Notes: a model not told the origin generated them from the sequence alone. DNA of 64,000 nt from Eledone cirrhosa (GCA_964016885.1 OZ024742.1:264306001-264370000); one strand, 5' to 3'. Counted from the first letter of the stretch, positions 1 through 15,557 are shown. Made by a program: numbers and translations.

Positions 1-199
1 CGCATATATACACATGCACGCGCACATATATATGTGTGTGTATGTGTGTTGGATGTTCCCTCATAAAAAAGACAAACCCGACATTTAATAAAGTACTCAA
101 TACATCTGAAATGTAGAGCTTGCATATTTCATTATAACGATTCTACAGCTAATCTCATCTGTATATATATAAAAGTGAACTGCGATTTTAACGTTCGGA

Positions 200-345
200 A
201 TTCGTCTCTAGTATAGGACGCACCCTAATTTTGACAACCAAAAATTTAAAAAAGAAATAATAGACCTTCGACCTCCAGGACGCATGGTAGATTTTTCAGA
301 GTTATTTTATGAAAAAAGTAGCGTTTTCGACGCCGGGAATACGGC
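200..345. mobile_element. Fragment of a Tc1/pogo-type MITE end
   Basis: tataggacgcacc subterminal motif and terminal cgacgccgggaatacgg resemble TACCGTATTTTCCGGCG-type TIRs; other end not found. Confidence 0.35.
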
Positions 346-356
346 ATATCTGTATA

Positions 357-388
<32 letters not shown>

Positions 389-759
389 ATATGGAAAGCA
401 TGTTACTGTTCAAGTCTGATAATTTTGTTTTGCTATTTTTCCTATTTTCTTATATTTAGTTTAGATTAATAACGTTCCTAGCTCCATCAGCATTTCTAGA
501 CTTTCTCAGTCCCATCTTCTCAAGGAAGTTGTTCTTGTTTATCCGCTGGTCTAACCTTAGAGAGTAGATCTATTTCATTCTTTTGGGCTTGTGTAGGATT
601 ACAGCACCTAATCTGTCTTATCTTAAGGGAAATTGAAAAATATCACATGGTCCACATGACAGGTGTAATGTGTCCGAACACGGAAGAGCGGAACTCCCAC
701 TGTCATCGCCTCCATCTCTCTCTGTATCATGAGCAAATGGGGTCCCACGTGCTGGCCGC

Positions 760-820
760 CCAACAGCCCCGGCGGACAGAATAGAGAAGGCGTTTCCCCG
801 GAGGATAGTAAGGGAGATGT
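760..820 (-). mobile_element. CRE-clade LINE 3' end remnant
   Basis: Translates ISLTILRGNAFSILS, matching VSLAVLRGNAF at the end of the 16220-16854 element. Confidence 0.5.
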
Positions 821-1529
821 GTACTGGGTTCCTGTCATTGTAGCACCAGTGCCAGCGAGGTTTCCTGCTAGATTTAAATAGCCTCGATATTCCAAGTTGT
901 CTCTGCTCACGGAGATTGATGACAATGGCCATATATCAATCATTGATATCATTTTCCACATTTATGCAACATTTTAATCATACGACATTGGACTAATTCG
1001 GATATCTCAATTATGACACTGTTTACAAATGTGATATGCTGTATTAATATGTGATACCCAAGTATTGGACATTGGGATAATATAAGACAACTGGTATCTT
1101 AATTGTATTATATCTGTTTATTTTGGAAATATTAGAGTGATGTATTAAAACTACAGCCATCACTCGCAATCGAGTATGAGTTGGGAGTAAGTACCATGCA
1201 TTCGTTAAGAGTTTTAGTTGACCATGCAGCCGTGGGCAGACACAGACGCCTTAACGAGATTTGATCCTGGTTACGACAGCTGAAAGGAGAGAGGGCATCA
1301 CTAGCACTGGATTGGTACTTTCTTTATCAACCTCCCAACTCAGAATACAAATACCCAAGACAGATATCCAATGCTCTAACTCTGTCAATTCGACTGCCTA
1401 ATGTGATATATTTTTCCTAATAGTTAACATATTCAACAGTTATTTCAGTGCTTGGGGGTACATAAAAACTAAAAATATTTTTTCCTAATTTAAGGAGAAT
1501 AAAAGTACAATTCGTTTTGTAAGGATTTT

Positions 1530-1978
1530 GTCATGAAATCGTGTGTTGAAACAGATATTTGGGGAAGTTCATGTTGTCCTAATATTGCCAGAAAATAGTA
1601 AAATACATTCACTGTTTGGTTTGGTTTTCGCTTCAGTTTCAGTATATATATATATATATCTTTATATTTCCATAAATAATTTAGCTGGCGATCAATGTTT
1701 ATCGTTGATTGACCAACCGTTAAAAATATAAATATAAATATAATGTCTCAAAGTTCTTTCGTCACACATTTCTGTGACATCTTCAATGATTATCGCTGTA
1801 TTTCCTTCCGTTATATTTATAACTGTTGGTCAATCAATGATAAACATATATCGGCAGCTAAATTATTTATGGAAATATTTTAAAAATATACCGAATTTGA
1901 AGCGAAAACCAAACAGTGGGTGTGTTTTACTATTTTTGGCAATATTAGAATAACATGACCCTCCCCAAATATAACAAT
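1530..1978. mobile_element. Fold-back HHR cassette, family A (arms about 1556-1735 and 1811-1975)
   Basis: Arms are reverse complements; homologous to 51640-52733. Confidence 0.8.
1748..1790 (-). ncRNA. Type I hammerhead, family A (C3U variant)
   Basis: Minus strand atca-TTGAAGA-t-GTCACA-gaaatg-TGTGAC-GAAA-gaactt-tga. Confidence 0.6.
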
Positions 1979-2899
1979 AAAAGTATAATTGACCACAGCA
2001 AAAACATTGTGATACGGAATATCTTTTTTCTGTAGAAAGTTTCAAAAAAGCTACATAGCCCTTAAAACTGTGTTGCTATGCAAGATTCCAGCTAGCTAGC
2101 TGCAAAATTGAAGTGATCAGATTAGAACATTTTTCTAGATTAAGATATTGATATGTATTAGTTTTGGTATATTAGTTAGCGGATAAACATAATATTTATA
2201 AGGCCAGGCTGATATATATTTATTAGTTATAGCATATATATTAGTTTGGGGATGTTAGATACACACACACACAGACACGCACATACACCAGACACACACA
2301 CTCACACACATACATACACAGACACAACACACACACACACACACATATATATGGTCCGTGCAAGTAGGGAAAAACTGACATAAAATTATTATGATGATGT
2401 TATATAATTGTTAAAGCATATATATTAGTTCTATGATATTGGACTGTTATATTAAGTATAGAATATATATTAGTTTGGGATATAATACTGATACATTACA
2501 ACAGTAATCATTATTAAATTGGAAATTGATTTCAAATCAAATTCACATAAAATAAATGAAGAATCTCTTTAAATAAAACAGAATGACATTATGCATAAAC
2601 TCTCATTTTTACTGTCCAATCAAATTAGTATTATTTAAAACAGTTTTAATGTTCTCTGTGAAATGAGTATTACCTATATGAATATCAATTTCTGACAACT
2701 TCCATACTTCCACGCTAGTCATGAAAATAGCAACAAAATGATACTTTTCAGTTTTAAAAAAATGAAGAACATTGGATAATATAGTTCCAGATACTACTAT
2801 GTCTACATACAAGAAATCAGTATAATCACACCTAGAGCACCTTTGATCATGGGTCTGTTTATTGTGACTGATCTGGGGCTAAGTGACAATTACAACTCC

Positions 2900-3110
2900 A
2901 CCAACGAGAGTTGATGTTGAAGTCTCTACATGGTCATTTGACCAGCCAGATATAGCTACGAATCGCCCTCAAATTACATCACTTCCCATTTTAAAAATAA
3001 GAAATACCTCATAGGACGATATAACTCCCTAAATAAAGAATACAGGATGGTCATGGCTGCAACCCTTTCCATCATACGTCTCCTTGATCATAAATAACAA
3101 CAAAAGAACA
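2900..3110 (+). repeat. Dispersed SINE-like repeat; related pieces near 3330-3560, 5730-5920, 6830-7100, 39530-39700
   Basis: Shared tggtca...gctagaaatagc and ggatggtcatggctg...aaacaacaa motifs in diverged copies. Confidence 0.45.
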
Positions 3111-3130
3111 AAAACAATGATATTAATATT

Positions 3131-3308
3131 GTTTCTACGTTTGGCACAAGGCCAGCAATTATCCCAGTGCATTACTGGTACTTTATTTTATCAACCCCGT
3201 AAGGATGAAAGGCAAAGTTAACCTCGGCGGGATTTGAACTCAGACCGTAAAGTGCTGTAACTCTATGCTGTAAACATGGCGTCCGACCCTCTACTGATAC
3301 TGCCAAAC
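3131..3308 (-). mobile_element. tRNA-derived SINE, family 1
   Basis: Reverse complement of the 29121/31325 copies; flanked by direct repeat gatattaatatt (3119-3130, 3309-3320). Confidence 0.8.
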
Positions 3309-3741
3309 GATATTAATATTAACAACAAAACCGATGAAGGAAACCTTACGTGGTTACTTAATCTGCAAGACATATTAATCAAATATCCCCCAATCCGTAC
3401 GTAAACTTCTTTAAAAATACATAGACACACATTGGGTGATATAGCCCGAATTACATGACATATGGTGAAAACAAAATGACTGGATAATCATGTTTTTAAT
3501 GTCTTTCTTCATAGAATTTGTTCGAACAAAACAACAGTCAGGCTGAAGTACATGACAATAGTTCTTCAATAGTGTCTATCAATACACAGATTGTACATTT
3601 AACACTTTCATTGCCGAAATGCTTGATATTCCCCCTGGTTATGTGATACAAAGCTGTTTTTTGAAAAGTATATACATTTATCTTCCACCACAGACAAGCT
3701 TAATAATGAGAAATTTAGATATCTTACTAAATATCTCTCAA

Positions 3742-4990
3742 TTCTTCTTCTTCTTCTTCTTCTTCTTCTTCTTCTTCTTCTTCTTCTTCTTCTTCTTCTT
3801 CTTCTTCTTCTTCTCCCCCCTCCTCCTTCTTCTTCTTTGTCCACTTATTCCTGAGAGGGTTGTGGGGGCAGAATCCTCAAACACGCCTTCCTTCGGATCC
3901 TGTTTGAAGTAACCGTCTCCAGCTGATCCGGCTTGATTCCCAAGCGCGACCAACCAAGCTCATGGATGTTATACAAACATCTTGCTCGGGGTCTACCCCC
4001 TGAGTGTCCTGCCGGTTTGTTTTACCCGTAAAATCTGTTCAGCGATTCTTTCCTAAGACATTCTAAACACATACCCGTAATATCGGAGCTTTGATCACTC
4101 TATTCGGAAAAGTAGCGGCTCTCTGATCACCAACCTACGCACCCTGTCGAGTAATGTTACTCTAAAGTCCCTTCGGACTACGTTTCGGCCGCTTGTATTC
4201 GCGATCGTATTCTTTCGGTAATTACCGAAGATTCATGACCATAGGTAAGCGTTGGCACGAATACCAACTCCCACATAGAATGGTTTCGATTTAGCACCCT
4301 TTATCCGAACACACTCGGGCCTTCGTATAGAGACATCAGGGCTACCAACGATTCATACTCCTGCAGAACCTTTCACAGCAGGTCCCTTGGAGCGCGGTCG
4401 TGTGCCTTTTCGAGGCCTACAAGACAAGAATAAACATTTTAGCAGTACTCCCACGATTTCTCGAAGACCTACCGCAGTGTGAACATTTTATCGGTTGCGC
4501 TGCTTCTGGGGCGAAAACCACACTGTTCATCAGCTAGCTTGGACTCGACAATCTCACATCTCTTTGCCTAACAATTAGTATAGACTTTACCGAGCAGGCT
4601 TAAAAAGGAGATCCATCTAAAATTGGAACAATCCCTCTTTTCTCCCTTTTTGAAAATTGGGATTATCACACCCGATTGCCATTGCTTAGGCGCCTTTCCA
4701 GAGATCCAGGCCACTCGGTACACAAGAGTCACCCAGAGAATACCTTCTCAATTTAAGGCTTTTAACATCTCGGACTGGATTTCATCCTCCCCAGCGACCT
4801 TGCCACATTTGAGATCTTTAATTTATCTTGTGATCTTAACCTTGGAGAGATTATTCACCACTCCCAGATGCACCTCGAGTTCATCAGAAGATGATATTAT
4901 AATCGGGTTTAGAAGATCAGCAAATTATTCTCTCTACCTCGCGTGGGTCACCTCTCCGAAGAGAGGAGAACCCCTGACGTGTTCCTGGTA
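3742..4990 (-). mobile_element. Decayed RTE-clade LINE (Expander/Rex3-like) with (GAA)n tail
   Basis: Minus-strand RT remnants (EQCGFRP, GLEKAHDR), 3' end ctgcccccacaaccc...aagtggac followed by (GAA)n at 3742-3835. Confidence 0.7.
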
Positions 4991-7569
4991 GCAGATGTGG
5001 AGGAGGTCTTCTAATTTGAAAATCATAGACAGTGTCTTTCATTAGATATGTGTTAATAAATATGTTAGGGAACATGGCTAATGTTATTTAGTATTGGACT
5101 ACATATTTATAAGTCATAGATTTATAACTGCTTCAGGTATTACATTGGGTTTCCAGGCAGAACACTGCCAGATTTGGCTGCACGAAGTGGATTATTTTGC
5201 TATTTAGAATTGCATATTACTTGTTCTTTTGAATTTGTGTTACTCACCACTTTGAAAATTTTATTTTTAAAGGTCATTCCTATTTAATATCGTATTAAAT
5301 TGTCAACAAAGCAATCCTTATCAATATGTTTTAGTTTACAAGCAAAAAGTTCATTTTGAGTTACTTTCCAACAATATGGTATTTTTGAAAATTGTGTGTT
5401 ACTACTTTATGAAATTGAACTGGCAATCTAGTTATTTGTCAATTGGTTTAATATCAACACCTAGTCAGTGAGTGTCTTTAATGGGGTGTGCTCTGCTGTA
5501 AAAATTTGAGCTAGTTCTCCAGTTTGAGTATAACATCTTTCCATCATTATCACAGGTCATGAAAGGATTATATGTGCAACCTTCTATCCTCCTAACAAGT
5601 TATAACATTTCTTTTAATGAAACATTCTACATTGTATTATTTCACCAAGTTGTTTGGAATAGATACTGAATCATCTGTTAATGCTATTTTCAATAGACTA
5701 CCACCCTGTTTATTGAGAAATTAACCCCTCGTAGGAACTTTAGCTAAAGTGATACTCTGTGTTGTCATTCGAGCGGCTAGAAACCGCAGCCGAATTCTAT
5801 AAAATCCCAAAAGTGATTGAAATGAAAGATCACATTAGACAGTTTTGTCCAGGGTATACTCTCTAAAAAGATAGGCTGGCCAATGATGCAATTCAGACCT
5901 GAGGCTAAACAACAATAACAACCGGCTCTTAACATTTTCAGGGTTTATATTTACATTTGGTACTTTTAGTGAGGGTCACGGGTAGATATTCTGGGTATGC
6001 CGCGATGATAGTTGTTCTGAGATACTAATGCACACCCCAGAGTTTGTACTATGATATATCACTGGGTTGATACTAGAATAATGTGAGAAGGACAGAAATA
6101 AGGATAAAAAGTTGAGAGATATTTAATCAGCACATTTAGATGCATCTAAAAATTATTTTTTAATAATTCTATTTTTACTGTTTATTCCTGTCATAATTTG
6201 TTTTCAAATCTTATAATACACACTCCGAAATTAAGATGGATTCTTGTATATTTTAACATATTAAGAAACTCTCAAGAGAGATGGACAGCAGCAGATCTTC
6301 AGAGAAGAAGCCACCCACATACATGTGTTTCAGCCATTCTAAGGGACCCAGACCGCATCCAGGTCATGACTCTTTGGCATTCCTCTGCTGACACATTTTA
6401 GCAGCTTGGATATCGGAGATTTGTTCATTTACTCTGTATGGAGATTCTGTTCCTCCTCGACAAGATTTGACTAGAACTCCTCTCCGTTGCCTGTGCTTTC
6501 AAACTTATATTTAAACACTTTCTTGCGTTAGAAAAAACGTTGGTAGGCATATTAGTGGGTAAACAACAAAAGTATCACTTCTGCCGTCTTCACCACTATC
6601 ATGAATCACTAGAGTTACTTCCCTTAGCATAAGTTCAAATTCTCAAATGCCGAGACAATTTTCATCTGTCTCTTAAGATCCTTTTTTTCCCGGATGTTAT
6701 CCATCTCTCGCTGACATCTGGATTTCTGAAGAGATGTTTTCACTCTCTTACTCCATAGGTGACCCTGCAGATTGTAAACTAATACTTACACCATGATAGG
6801 TGTAACAGTTATAATTTGTACATGATCATTTGATCTTCTCAAAATTCAAATCATATCTTACCGTCTTTAAAATGGTAGGAAACAATGAACATTGAAGTAA
6901 TTGATATACAAAAATATGGGTTAGAGATTGCTGGTACACCTTCGATCATAGTTTAGCTTCATTAGATATGACTTTGGGCTAAACACCATCATAAATACCA
7001 ACGAAACAAAACAATTGGAGAGCTAATGAAGAAGTCTTTATATGGCCACTCTATCTGCTAGAAATAGCTGTCAATCCTTTTACATAACAACAGAACGCAG
7101 TACTTCTCAGTAATGGAACTAAACACAATAAAAAGCGACCGGCCTTGAAAATTCCTTCAGATATCTAACATCTTCATTTCTACTTTGTTTCAATTAACAC
7201 CAGTATGGTTTTTATCATGAAAAGAAATTCTATTTTCTATGAAAGACAGCAGAGCAAAGCTCATGTGTTTTATCATAATTCACATTGAATTGATTTAAAT
7301 TCAATATTTTATTCAACTCAATTGGAAGTAGTTTCACCTTTCAGTAAATGCTCATGTTTTTGGTATTCTTTCCATATGCACTGTTTCATTTCAGTTAACA
7401 CAATTAATTGTTTCTTTCATAAAATATAATAGCTTTCTTTCTACTCTGTATTTGGGAGATGACATTGAAAATTTTGAAATATATCCAAATGCAATTATCC
7501 TTTTTCTATGAAGATTAAATTAATTAAATAATTGATAATAATTATAGGGATAATTAACAATGATAACAA

Positions 7570-7715
7570 GACTTCTAATTTAGGCACAAGGCCTGCAATT
7601 GGAGAAGAATAGAACGGTTGGTTACATTGACCCTAGTAATTACTAGTAAGTACTTTATCTTATTAAACCTGGGAAGATGAAAGGCAAAGTCGACATTGGT
7701 GGAATTTGAACTAAG
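7570..7715 (-). mobile_element. SINE family 1 fragment
   Basis: ggcacaaggcc...gatgaaaggcaaagtcgac...ggaatttgaac. Confidence 0.7.
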
Positions 7716-8004
7716 AAAATATATCCAGTCCTCCTATATGGGTTGCTTGACAGATTGCAACACTGCTTAAAAAGTGCTTCTTGAATTGGAAAATATCTGG
7801 TGAGTGTTCAAACTAGGACATCACAGTCACCATCAAAGCAACTGAATGGAAAACTGAGAATCTGAGAAATAAAGAGACAATGCTTAATAAAAAAAAATTA
7901 AAGACAACCATCAGCAACACTGTTAATCTTTATAGTTATACTGACATACGTTTACGGATTAATTCTAAGTCAGTCCCTATATTTTCTTGAAGGGGTTTGT
8001 TTTG

Positions 8005-8295
8005 CTTCTTAGGGCTTTTTGGAGGCGTTAGGTCTAGCCGATTTTCCCTAAATTTCAAGGCATATTATGCACATAAAATAAATTCATTTTCTTGATCCCC
8101 TAGGGCCCGCATTAGGTGAAAACCTGCATTTTTCCTCCTTCATCGAGCAAAATCTTAAAGATTATCCAGCCATCAGAGTATTCAGTTTATTTTCTTTACA
8201 TATTGTCCAGGCATGCAGTTTTTCCGCGATTAGGTCTGTTGGCGGCCCGCGTTCCAAAATACCTTATCCCGTGCAACGCCGGGTACCACTGCTAG
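8005..8295 (+). mobile_element. Non-autonomous Helitron, 3' part
   Basis: Nearly identical to 18325-18612; hairpin cccg-tgcaacgc-cggg then CTAG followed by T. Confidence 0.8.
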
Positions 8296-9284
8296 TATAT
8301 AATAGAATAAATATGGTTTTATAAATATAGTTTCCATTTATTTAATATCATTGAATATTATACTCCAGAAAACTTGTCGAGTGCTCTGAATCAGTTATAA
8401 ACATTTATATTTGTTGAATTACCAACAAATTGAATATCCCTTTTGCTTTTAAGATATATGAGATAGATATATAAATCTTTGTTTTTGTTTGTTTTCACTC
8501 CTTTATTTTCAGCTTGCATTTTAATATATATTATATATGTGTGTGTACTGTGTGTGTGTGTGTACTGTGTGTGTGTGTGTACTGGGTGTGTGTGTACTGT
8601 GTGTGTACTGTGTGTGTATTATGTGTGTCTGTGTGTGTATGTGTTAGATGTTTTACCTACCATTGCCAAATATAGAGGTCTTTTTTTAATTATATTAAAC
8701 TTAAATAGCTTAACATCATCCACACATTCCATCAGGTGTCACTCACAAAATTCAACACTTCGGTCAGTATCACCTTTATTGAGGGCATGGATTAGTGTTG
8801 GAATGTATATATAAACATTGTTTTTATCATCATTCAAAATATGTATAAATTTTGTGAGACACTTTCTAGATATACTAGGCAAATACACGGTGTTGCTCAA
8901 ATTGAAAAGTACTTACTAATGTACCAGAATTTAGCTATTATATCTTTAACATCTCACCATGTACAATGTTTTAGGTTTTTCGGGACAAAAATGAAAGGTT
9001 AGGAGAGGGCTTTCAGCTCTTGAGCATCCAAAATAAATTGGTCATGAGCCAAGCATTCCAGCTCAACTGTTGCTGCTGCCTTCGGAGCTCACCAGTGTTT
9101 GGCAGGAGAGGACTTGGAAAGTGTAAAACATACCGTGATAATAAGGGAATAAAAAGAAAGTCCCAAAGTCGTCAATTTAGGACTGAACCGAAGAAGCTCC
9201 GTTTAGACGTGTTCAGATTATTTCAGTAAATTGATGCCATATGGCTATCTATTGTTCTCTCTTTCGCTTTCCCTGTCTGTATAA

Positions 9285-9933
<649 letters not shown>

Positions 9934-10112
9934 CGAAGGAAATGTCGTAAGGAACCAGGTGGACCATAACGCACCAAAGTACTCAATACTTAGTGTAGTT
10001 GAGTGGGTAATAGGAACGAGTAGGACCCCAACGGCTGAGCTCAAGCCGTTTCGACGGCTAATTCTGGACTAAATGAACATTTTTATCCTGGTATATGAAT
10101 AGCCGAGCTTCT

Positions 10113-11479
10113 AATAATGCGCATGTTCCTCGAATATCTACTCATTAGCGGACAAACGAGGTATGCAGAGGGAGATGTTTTTAACCAGGTTATTGGTGAT
10201 GTTCCTAGGATGGTTTGACCGGCGGTGGATGTAGTGCAGGTTGTCGTTGGGTTTCCTGTATGGGTAGTACAGATCATTATCGAGGTCAAGGGTAACGTCC
10301 AGGAAGTTTACTCGGGTCAGGGACGTTTGTAGGGTTATTTTAAATCCCCAGTCGCGGAAGAAGCTGATTAATTGTTTACGGACCCGGTCTGTACTACTGG
10401 GGTTGTACCCTTTAAGGGTAAGGAGCCCATTATCACGGTACAATCCACCGCCGAATGCAGGAAACATATCAGTGAGTTTAACTAGTATGAATAATCCTAT
10501 AAGATCTGTGACTCAGCCGAATCCGCCGCGCCCATGCTGACGTTGAAGGGTGAGTCGGGAGCTCTCTTTATCCATTTGGAGTTGTCGAAAAGTAGGACTG
10601 TCTTCCTGGCGTGGAGGATGATGTTTCTTTCCTGGTCGGTGATGGGCGCAAGTGTCTCGGCAAAGTCCAAGGCAGCCGTAAGTAGCGGTAAGGTAATTGA
10701 AGCATAGTAACTCTCTATGTCAAACTGGATGAATTTTGTGTCTCGTTTGTCCTCCATATTGCTGAACCATGAGATTACTTCCTGGGTGTTGACCCATAGG
10801 CTAAGTCTGGCGTTTTGCTTAACTTTTGGTATAGCGCGGTCTAGGATTTTTTTACTGATTCTCCCTATGTCGGACTACGTTGGGTTTATAAGCCTGATAG
10901 ACGGTTTACGGTCGAAATCGGATTTATGGCCCTTCAGTGTGAAGTAGGGTGTCCGTGGGTCTAGGGGTTCCGTGCGGTCGGCAACCCCGAGGCTGGAGGT
11001 AATTTGTTCTCCATCTCGATTTATGTCCCCGATGCATGAGTGGTTAGCCTTTTTATAGGTGGAGTTTAGGCTACTCCTGATCAGTGTGTGGTATCTGTCG
11101 CGGTTGACGAAGTAGAGGTTACCAGTTTTATCCGAGTGCATCATGATCCATTGGTGTTATCATACTCTGTTAAGTTGCTACAGAGCTTTTGTAGGAATCG
11201 GTTGTGTCTGGGTTTGAATTTAATGTTCTTGACCAGTTGGAAAATGTCATTCTCGAAGGGTGAGAGCATAGGGTTCGGAGGGGGAGATTTGTAGTTATTA
11301 AATCCGAATCTCTCCTTGGTACCGAAGTCCTGATTGTCGCAATATCTGTCGTAGAAAAAAGTTCTCCATCTAAGTCTTTTCGCAAAGAGGTCGATTTTTT
11401 GCGTGAGCATCCGAAGGTAAAGTTTTTTCGGTGGAACTGGAATGTTCTTGGTGGAGAAGTCGATGTTGTGTTTTCGCAT
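10113..11479 (-). pseudogene. PLE reverse transcriptase, frameshifted, GIY-YIG half missing (Nematis-like, clade tentative)
   Basis: STKNIPVP, SDKTGNLY, TLKGHK..RLINP, FIQFDIESYYASI, VSMGAADSAE, GLYRDNGL, VNFLDVTL, SNHP across several frames. Confidence 0.88.
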
Positions 11480-13060
11480 GGTGCGGGTGAACGAACTTGA
11501 GCTTAGCGGAAAAGTCTGGATACGGCGTGGTAGGGTCGGAAAGTGCTCTACTACGGGAATAGGAGCTAGATAACGAAGGAAATGTGGTGAGGAACCAGGT
11601 AGACCATAACGCACCAAAGTACTCAATCCTTAGGGTAGTAGAGTGGGTGATAGGAACGAGTAGGACCCCGACGGCTCAGCTCAAGCCGTTTCGACGGCTA
11701 ATTGAAAATTTTTATCCTGGTATATGAATAGCCGAGCTTCTCGGGGGGTAATTCCAAATATGGTAAAAGTGATTGTCACAAGGATTGATCAAAAGTTTGT
11801 TGTTGAGACACATAATTCTATCATGGCAATTTGTGGAAGGAAGGGGTAGCTGAACCTGCAAGTAGAAGAAAGAGGGAGAGGGAGTGGAGGAAACCCAGTG
11901 GTGCGTTGATAGTGCCAACTACAGCAGGGCAGGAGGTCAAGCAAGTATATTAGGGAGGGGAGGGGGGGGAGTCGAAACAATAAGTAAATCAATATGGAGT
12001 AAATATATAGAGGAATACCAAGAATGTTAAAAATATAAAAAAACAATTTCTGATTACTATTCCCTAACCACAGTCATCAAGTCTCTCACTGGTACTGCTA
12101 AACTATAGAAAAGTTTACTAGGTGGGACGGAATTGTAGTGAGACCATATTAAGAGTTAGTAGTAATCAACCGAGTATATCTTACGGTGACAGTGGAGGCC
12201 CAAAATACTAAAGAAACTACCACGAAATAATAATTCAGAGTCCCGAAACTAATACGAAATAATTGTTTCTACCCCAGGCACAAGGCCAGCAACCACCCAG
12301 TGCAAAAAATAAACTAATACGAAATAATAAATCAGAACCCCGAAAATGAATACTAATACTATCTCTAAGGGTGCCGCTACGATCCAAAAATTCTAGTGCA
12401 AACTACATAAATGCTCGTACGAAGTATATGAAAAATTTCATACGGAAAATTAATTCAGAATCCCCCCCCCCACACACACACACACCCCTCGCCCTCAAAC
12501 CCCATAATGACCCGGGGTGGTAGACAAGGGCTATAACACCCCACTTGCCGACTTTGTAATGGGTAACCCCTGCTTGCAAAGGTAGACGTAAGATCTTCTT
12601 TCATATCTTTTTATCGTTTCCTCTATATTTCCTTCTTCCCTCCATCCCTTCCTAGTCCTTCCACCCCAGTCCTCCTTCTTTGTCGTCGTCCTTTTCACTT
12701 TCTCGCCCACCCGAGGTAGCCCCTCGGTCCTTTGTAGCCTCAGTACCCCCATCCCCATCCCCTATTCTATGATAGAATTGGCCGACCCCGCTTTTTATAG
12801 CAGATGTGATAGACCACAGATACTTGCTTTCTTATCCAATGGCTGCCCCATTTCGGTGCTTTCTAAATTTCTTAGTGGTATCTCTGCTTTAGTTTCTCGT
12901 ATATCAGTATTTATTTTTTTGGAGTTGGGGGTGGGGGTGGGGGATTCTGAATTAATTAAGCTACCCCTTCCTTCCACAAATTGCCATGATAGAATTATGT
13001 GTCTCAACAACAAACTTTTGACCAATCCTTGTGACAATCACTTTTACCATATTTGGAATT

Positions 13061-13156
13061 ACCCCCCGAGAAGCTCGGCTATTCATATACCAGGATAAAA
13101 ATGTTCATTTAGTCCAGAATTAGCCGTCGAAACGGCTTGAGCTGAGCCGTCGGGGT
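13061..13156 (+). ncRNA. HHR-like fold with non-canonical core in PLE pseudo-LTR
   Basis: acccc/ggggt stem I, cggcta/tagccg stem II, GAAA-cggct...agccg-TC stem III; core reads CCGAGAAGCT instead of CTGANGA. Confidence 0.55.
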
Positions 13157-13166
13157 CCTACTCGTT

Positions 13167-13417
<251 letters not shown>

Positions 13418-14269
13418 GCATAAGATATTCTTGTAAGATACAATAAAGTGAAAGAAAATGCTCATTACAAGTGGAATAATATTTATTCAAAGCTGAGTCA
13501 TTGTTGGACTTTCACGGATACTGGACTACACAGATGAATTGATGCAGGATGAAGATACATGAGTGCATTCTAAAGCACACCACACATGTGATGATGATGA
13601 TGATGATGATGACGCTGGAGGAGCTGCCTGCAGTTACGATATACAAAACCTTTACAAGATGTTTACAGTAACTATGGCTTGAAGATAATTGCTTTAAAAT
13701 TACATTGAGTAATTAATAGTGGTGTTAGATATAGAAGTGTTAACGACTGCCATGTTGGCGGTGTGTAGCTCAATACTGTCACAAGGGAAGTCGGTGACAT
13801 TGGTTGTGGTGGTGCTCGTCTTTGTGGTGTAGAAGGATGTGCAGGAACTATAGAAGTGTTAGCTGTGGTGGTTCGTTGTCAACGTTGACGTCAACATAGT
13901 GGTGGTGCTGGTGGTGGTTTAGAATAGCGTTGTAAATAGTGGTAATTAATTTTATTGTCTGTGAGTGTGCATTAATGATTATTGGCAGGTGCTTGCGATA
14001 GTGGCAGTATTAGTGGTATTGTTGATGGTTATAAGATATAGAGATGGAGGTGGGATTGATGGAGCAAATGATGGGGGCTAGAATAATGGTAACGTTGCTG
14101 CTAATTGTGGTGTTTTTAATGGTAGCAGTCATGCTATTAGTCATAGTGTTCTTATTAGTGGATGGGATCGTAATGAGAGTCAAATCACTGATTCTAAAAG
14201 ATTAACTACCCTTTTTCCCTTTCCCACACTACTCCATTGTTTTCCACCCATTTCCCCCAATATTCACGC

Positions 14270-14272
<3 letters not shown>

Positions 14273-14345
<73 letters not shown>

Positions 14346-14352
14346 GCACACA

Positions 14353-14428
<76 letters not shown>

Positions 14429-14440
14429 CACACATATATA
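14273..14440. repeat. (CA)n-(CGCA)n microsatellite
   Basis: Direct reading. Confidence 0.95.
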
Positions 14441-14697
14441 AGACAGTCAGTTGCATTAACGCTAACATAAATCTGTATTAATCCAATGTTATCTATGAAC
14501 ACGAACAAATGCAATAACAATAGTTATAAAACGGAAAAAATGAAACGAAATTTCATTTCTCACTCTTAGTACGGTGTGTGTGTGTGTCCGTGTCCATACG
14601 TACATATATATATATGTGTGCATGTATGTATATATATACATACTACTGTACGTCTGTATACATATATGTATGTGCGTATACATACTTATATATATAT

Positions 14698-15040
14698 GGA
14701 CATGGCTTAGTGGTTAGAGCATTGGCCTTGCAATCGAAAGGTTGTGAGTTCAATTCTCAGACCGAGGTGATGTGTTGTTTCTTTGAGCAAGGCACTTTAT
14801 TTCACATTGCTCCAGTTTACTCAGCTGTAGACATGAGATGATAGGGACTGGGGTCCTTATCATTCCACTGCAAAAGTGGTCGTGGAGGTGCCACGGCAAA
14901 AAAGCACGCAGCACTCACTGTAAATGAGGTTGGTGTTAGGAAGGGCATATAGCTGTAGAAATCAAGCCAGAATCAGTTCCCGTCCCACCCTTGCAAGCAG
15001 GGAAAAGCGGACGTAAAATGAAATGATGAAATGATGATGA
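14698..15040 (+). mobile_element. tRNA-derived SINE, family 2 (CORE-like domain)
   Basis: A box tggcttagtggttag, B box gagttcaattc, ctttgagcaaggcact, (TGA)n tail. Confidence 0.75.
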
Positions 15041-15397
15041 TATATATATATATAATAGTAATAAAGATTTGAAGCTACGCCAAATGTTTCTTTTTATATA
15101 TACATTACACAACGAAATTATAGTTTCTTTTACATATAATGGTGTGTTTTCAGAAATAGTTATGGTTATCTAATCAGTTTTTGTATAACTGGTTTCTCTA
15201 TGAGGACCTTTTCAAAGTCTCATTTTTATTTGTGCTGGTATTATAATATATTTCACACACGCTGTTCCGATTCCGAGTCATGTTGCATATATTTTCCATT
15301 TATTTTGTGTCGCTTATGTCTATATGCATATATGTGTACATATATATATGTGTGCCCCCCCCCCCCCCATATGTGTATATATATATATATATATATA

Positions 15398-15517
15398 TGA
15401 AGGGCTTATGCCCGAAACGTCGCCGCCAACCCCCAACTCTCAAGTGTGAAACTAATAATAACATTTGTACTGCCTCTTTGCTTCCACGTTTTTTTGTTTT
15501 CTGTTTACTGTCGCAAC

Positions 15518-15520
<3 letters not shown>
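15398..15520 (+). mobile_element. Short insert in (TA)n starting with a 5'-truncated HHR
   Basis: (TA)n-TGA-a-GGGC-ttat-GCCC-GAAAC-GTC. Confidence 0.6.

Positions 15521-15557
<37 letters not shown>

Noticed and set aside
10113-11479. Selenocysteine-recoding Naiad-type PLE
   Set aside because: Interruptions are frameshifts and TAG stops rather than in-frame TGA series; no N-terminal endonuclease
14698-14765. tRNA-like sequence (also 26369, 29121, 31325)
   Set aside because: SINE heads with A/B boxes; no full cloverleaf
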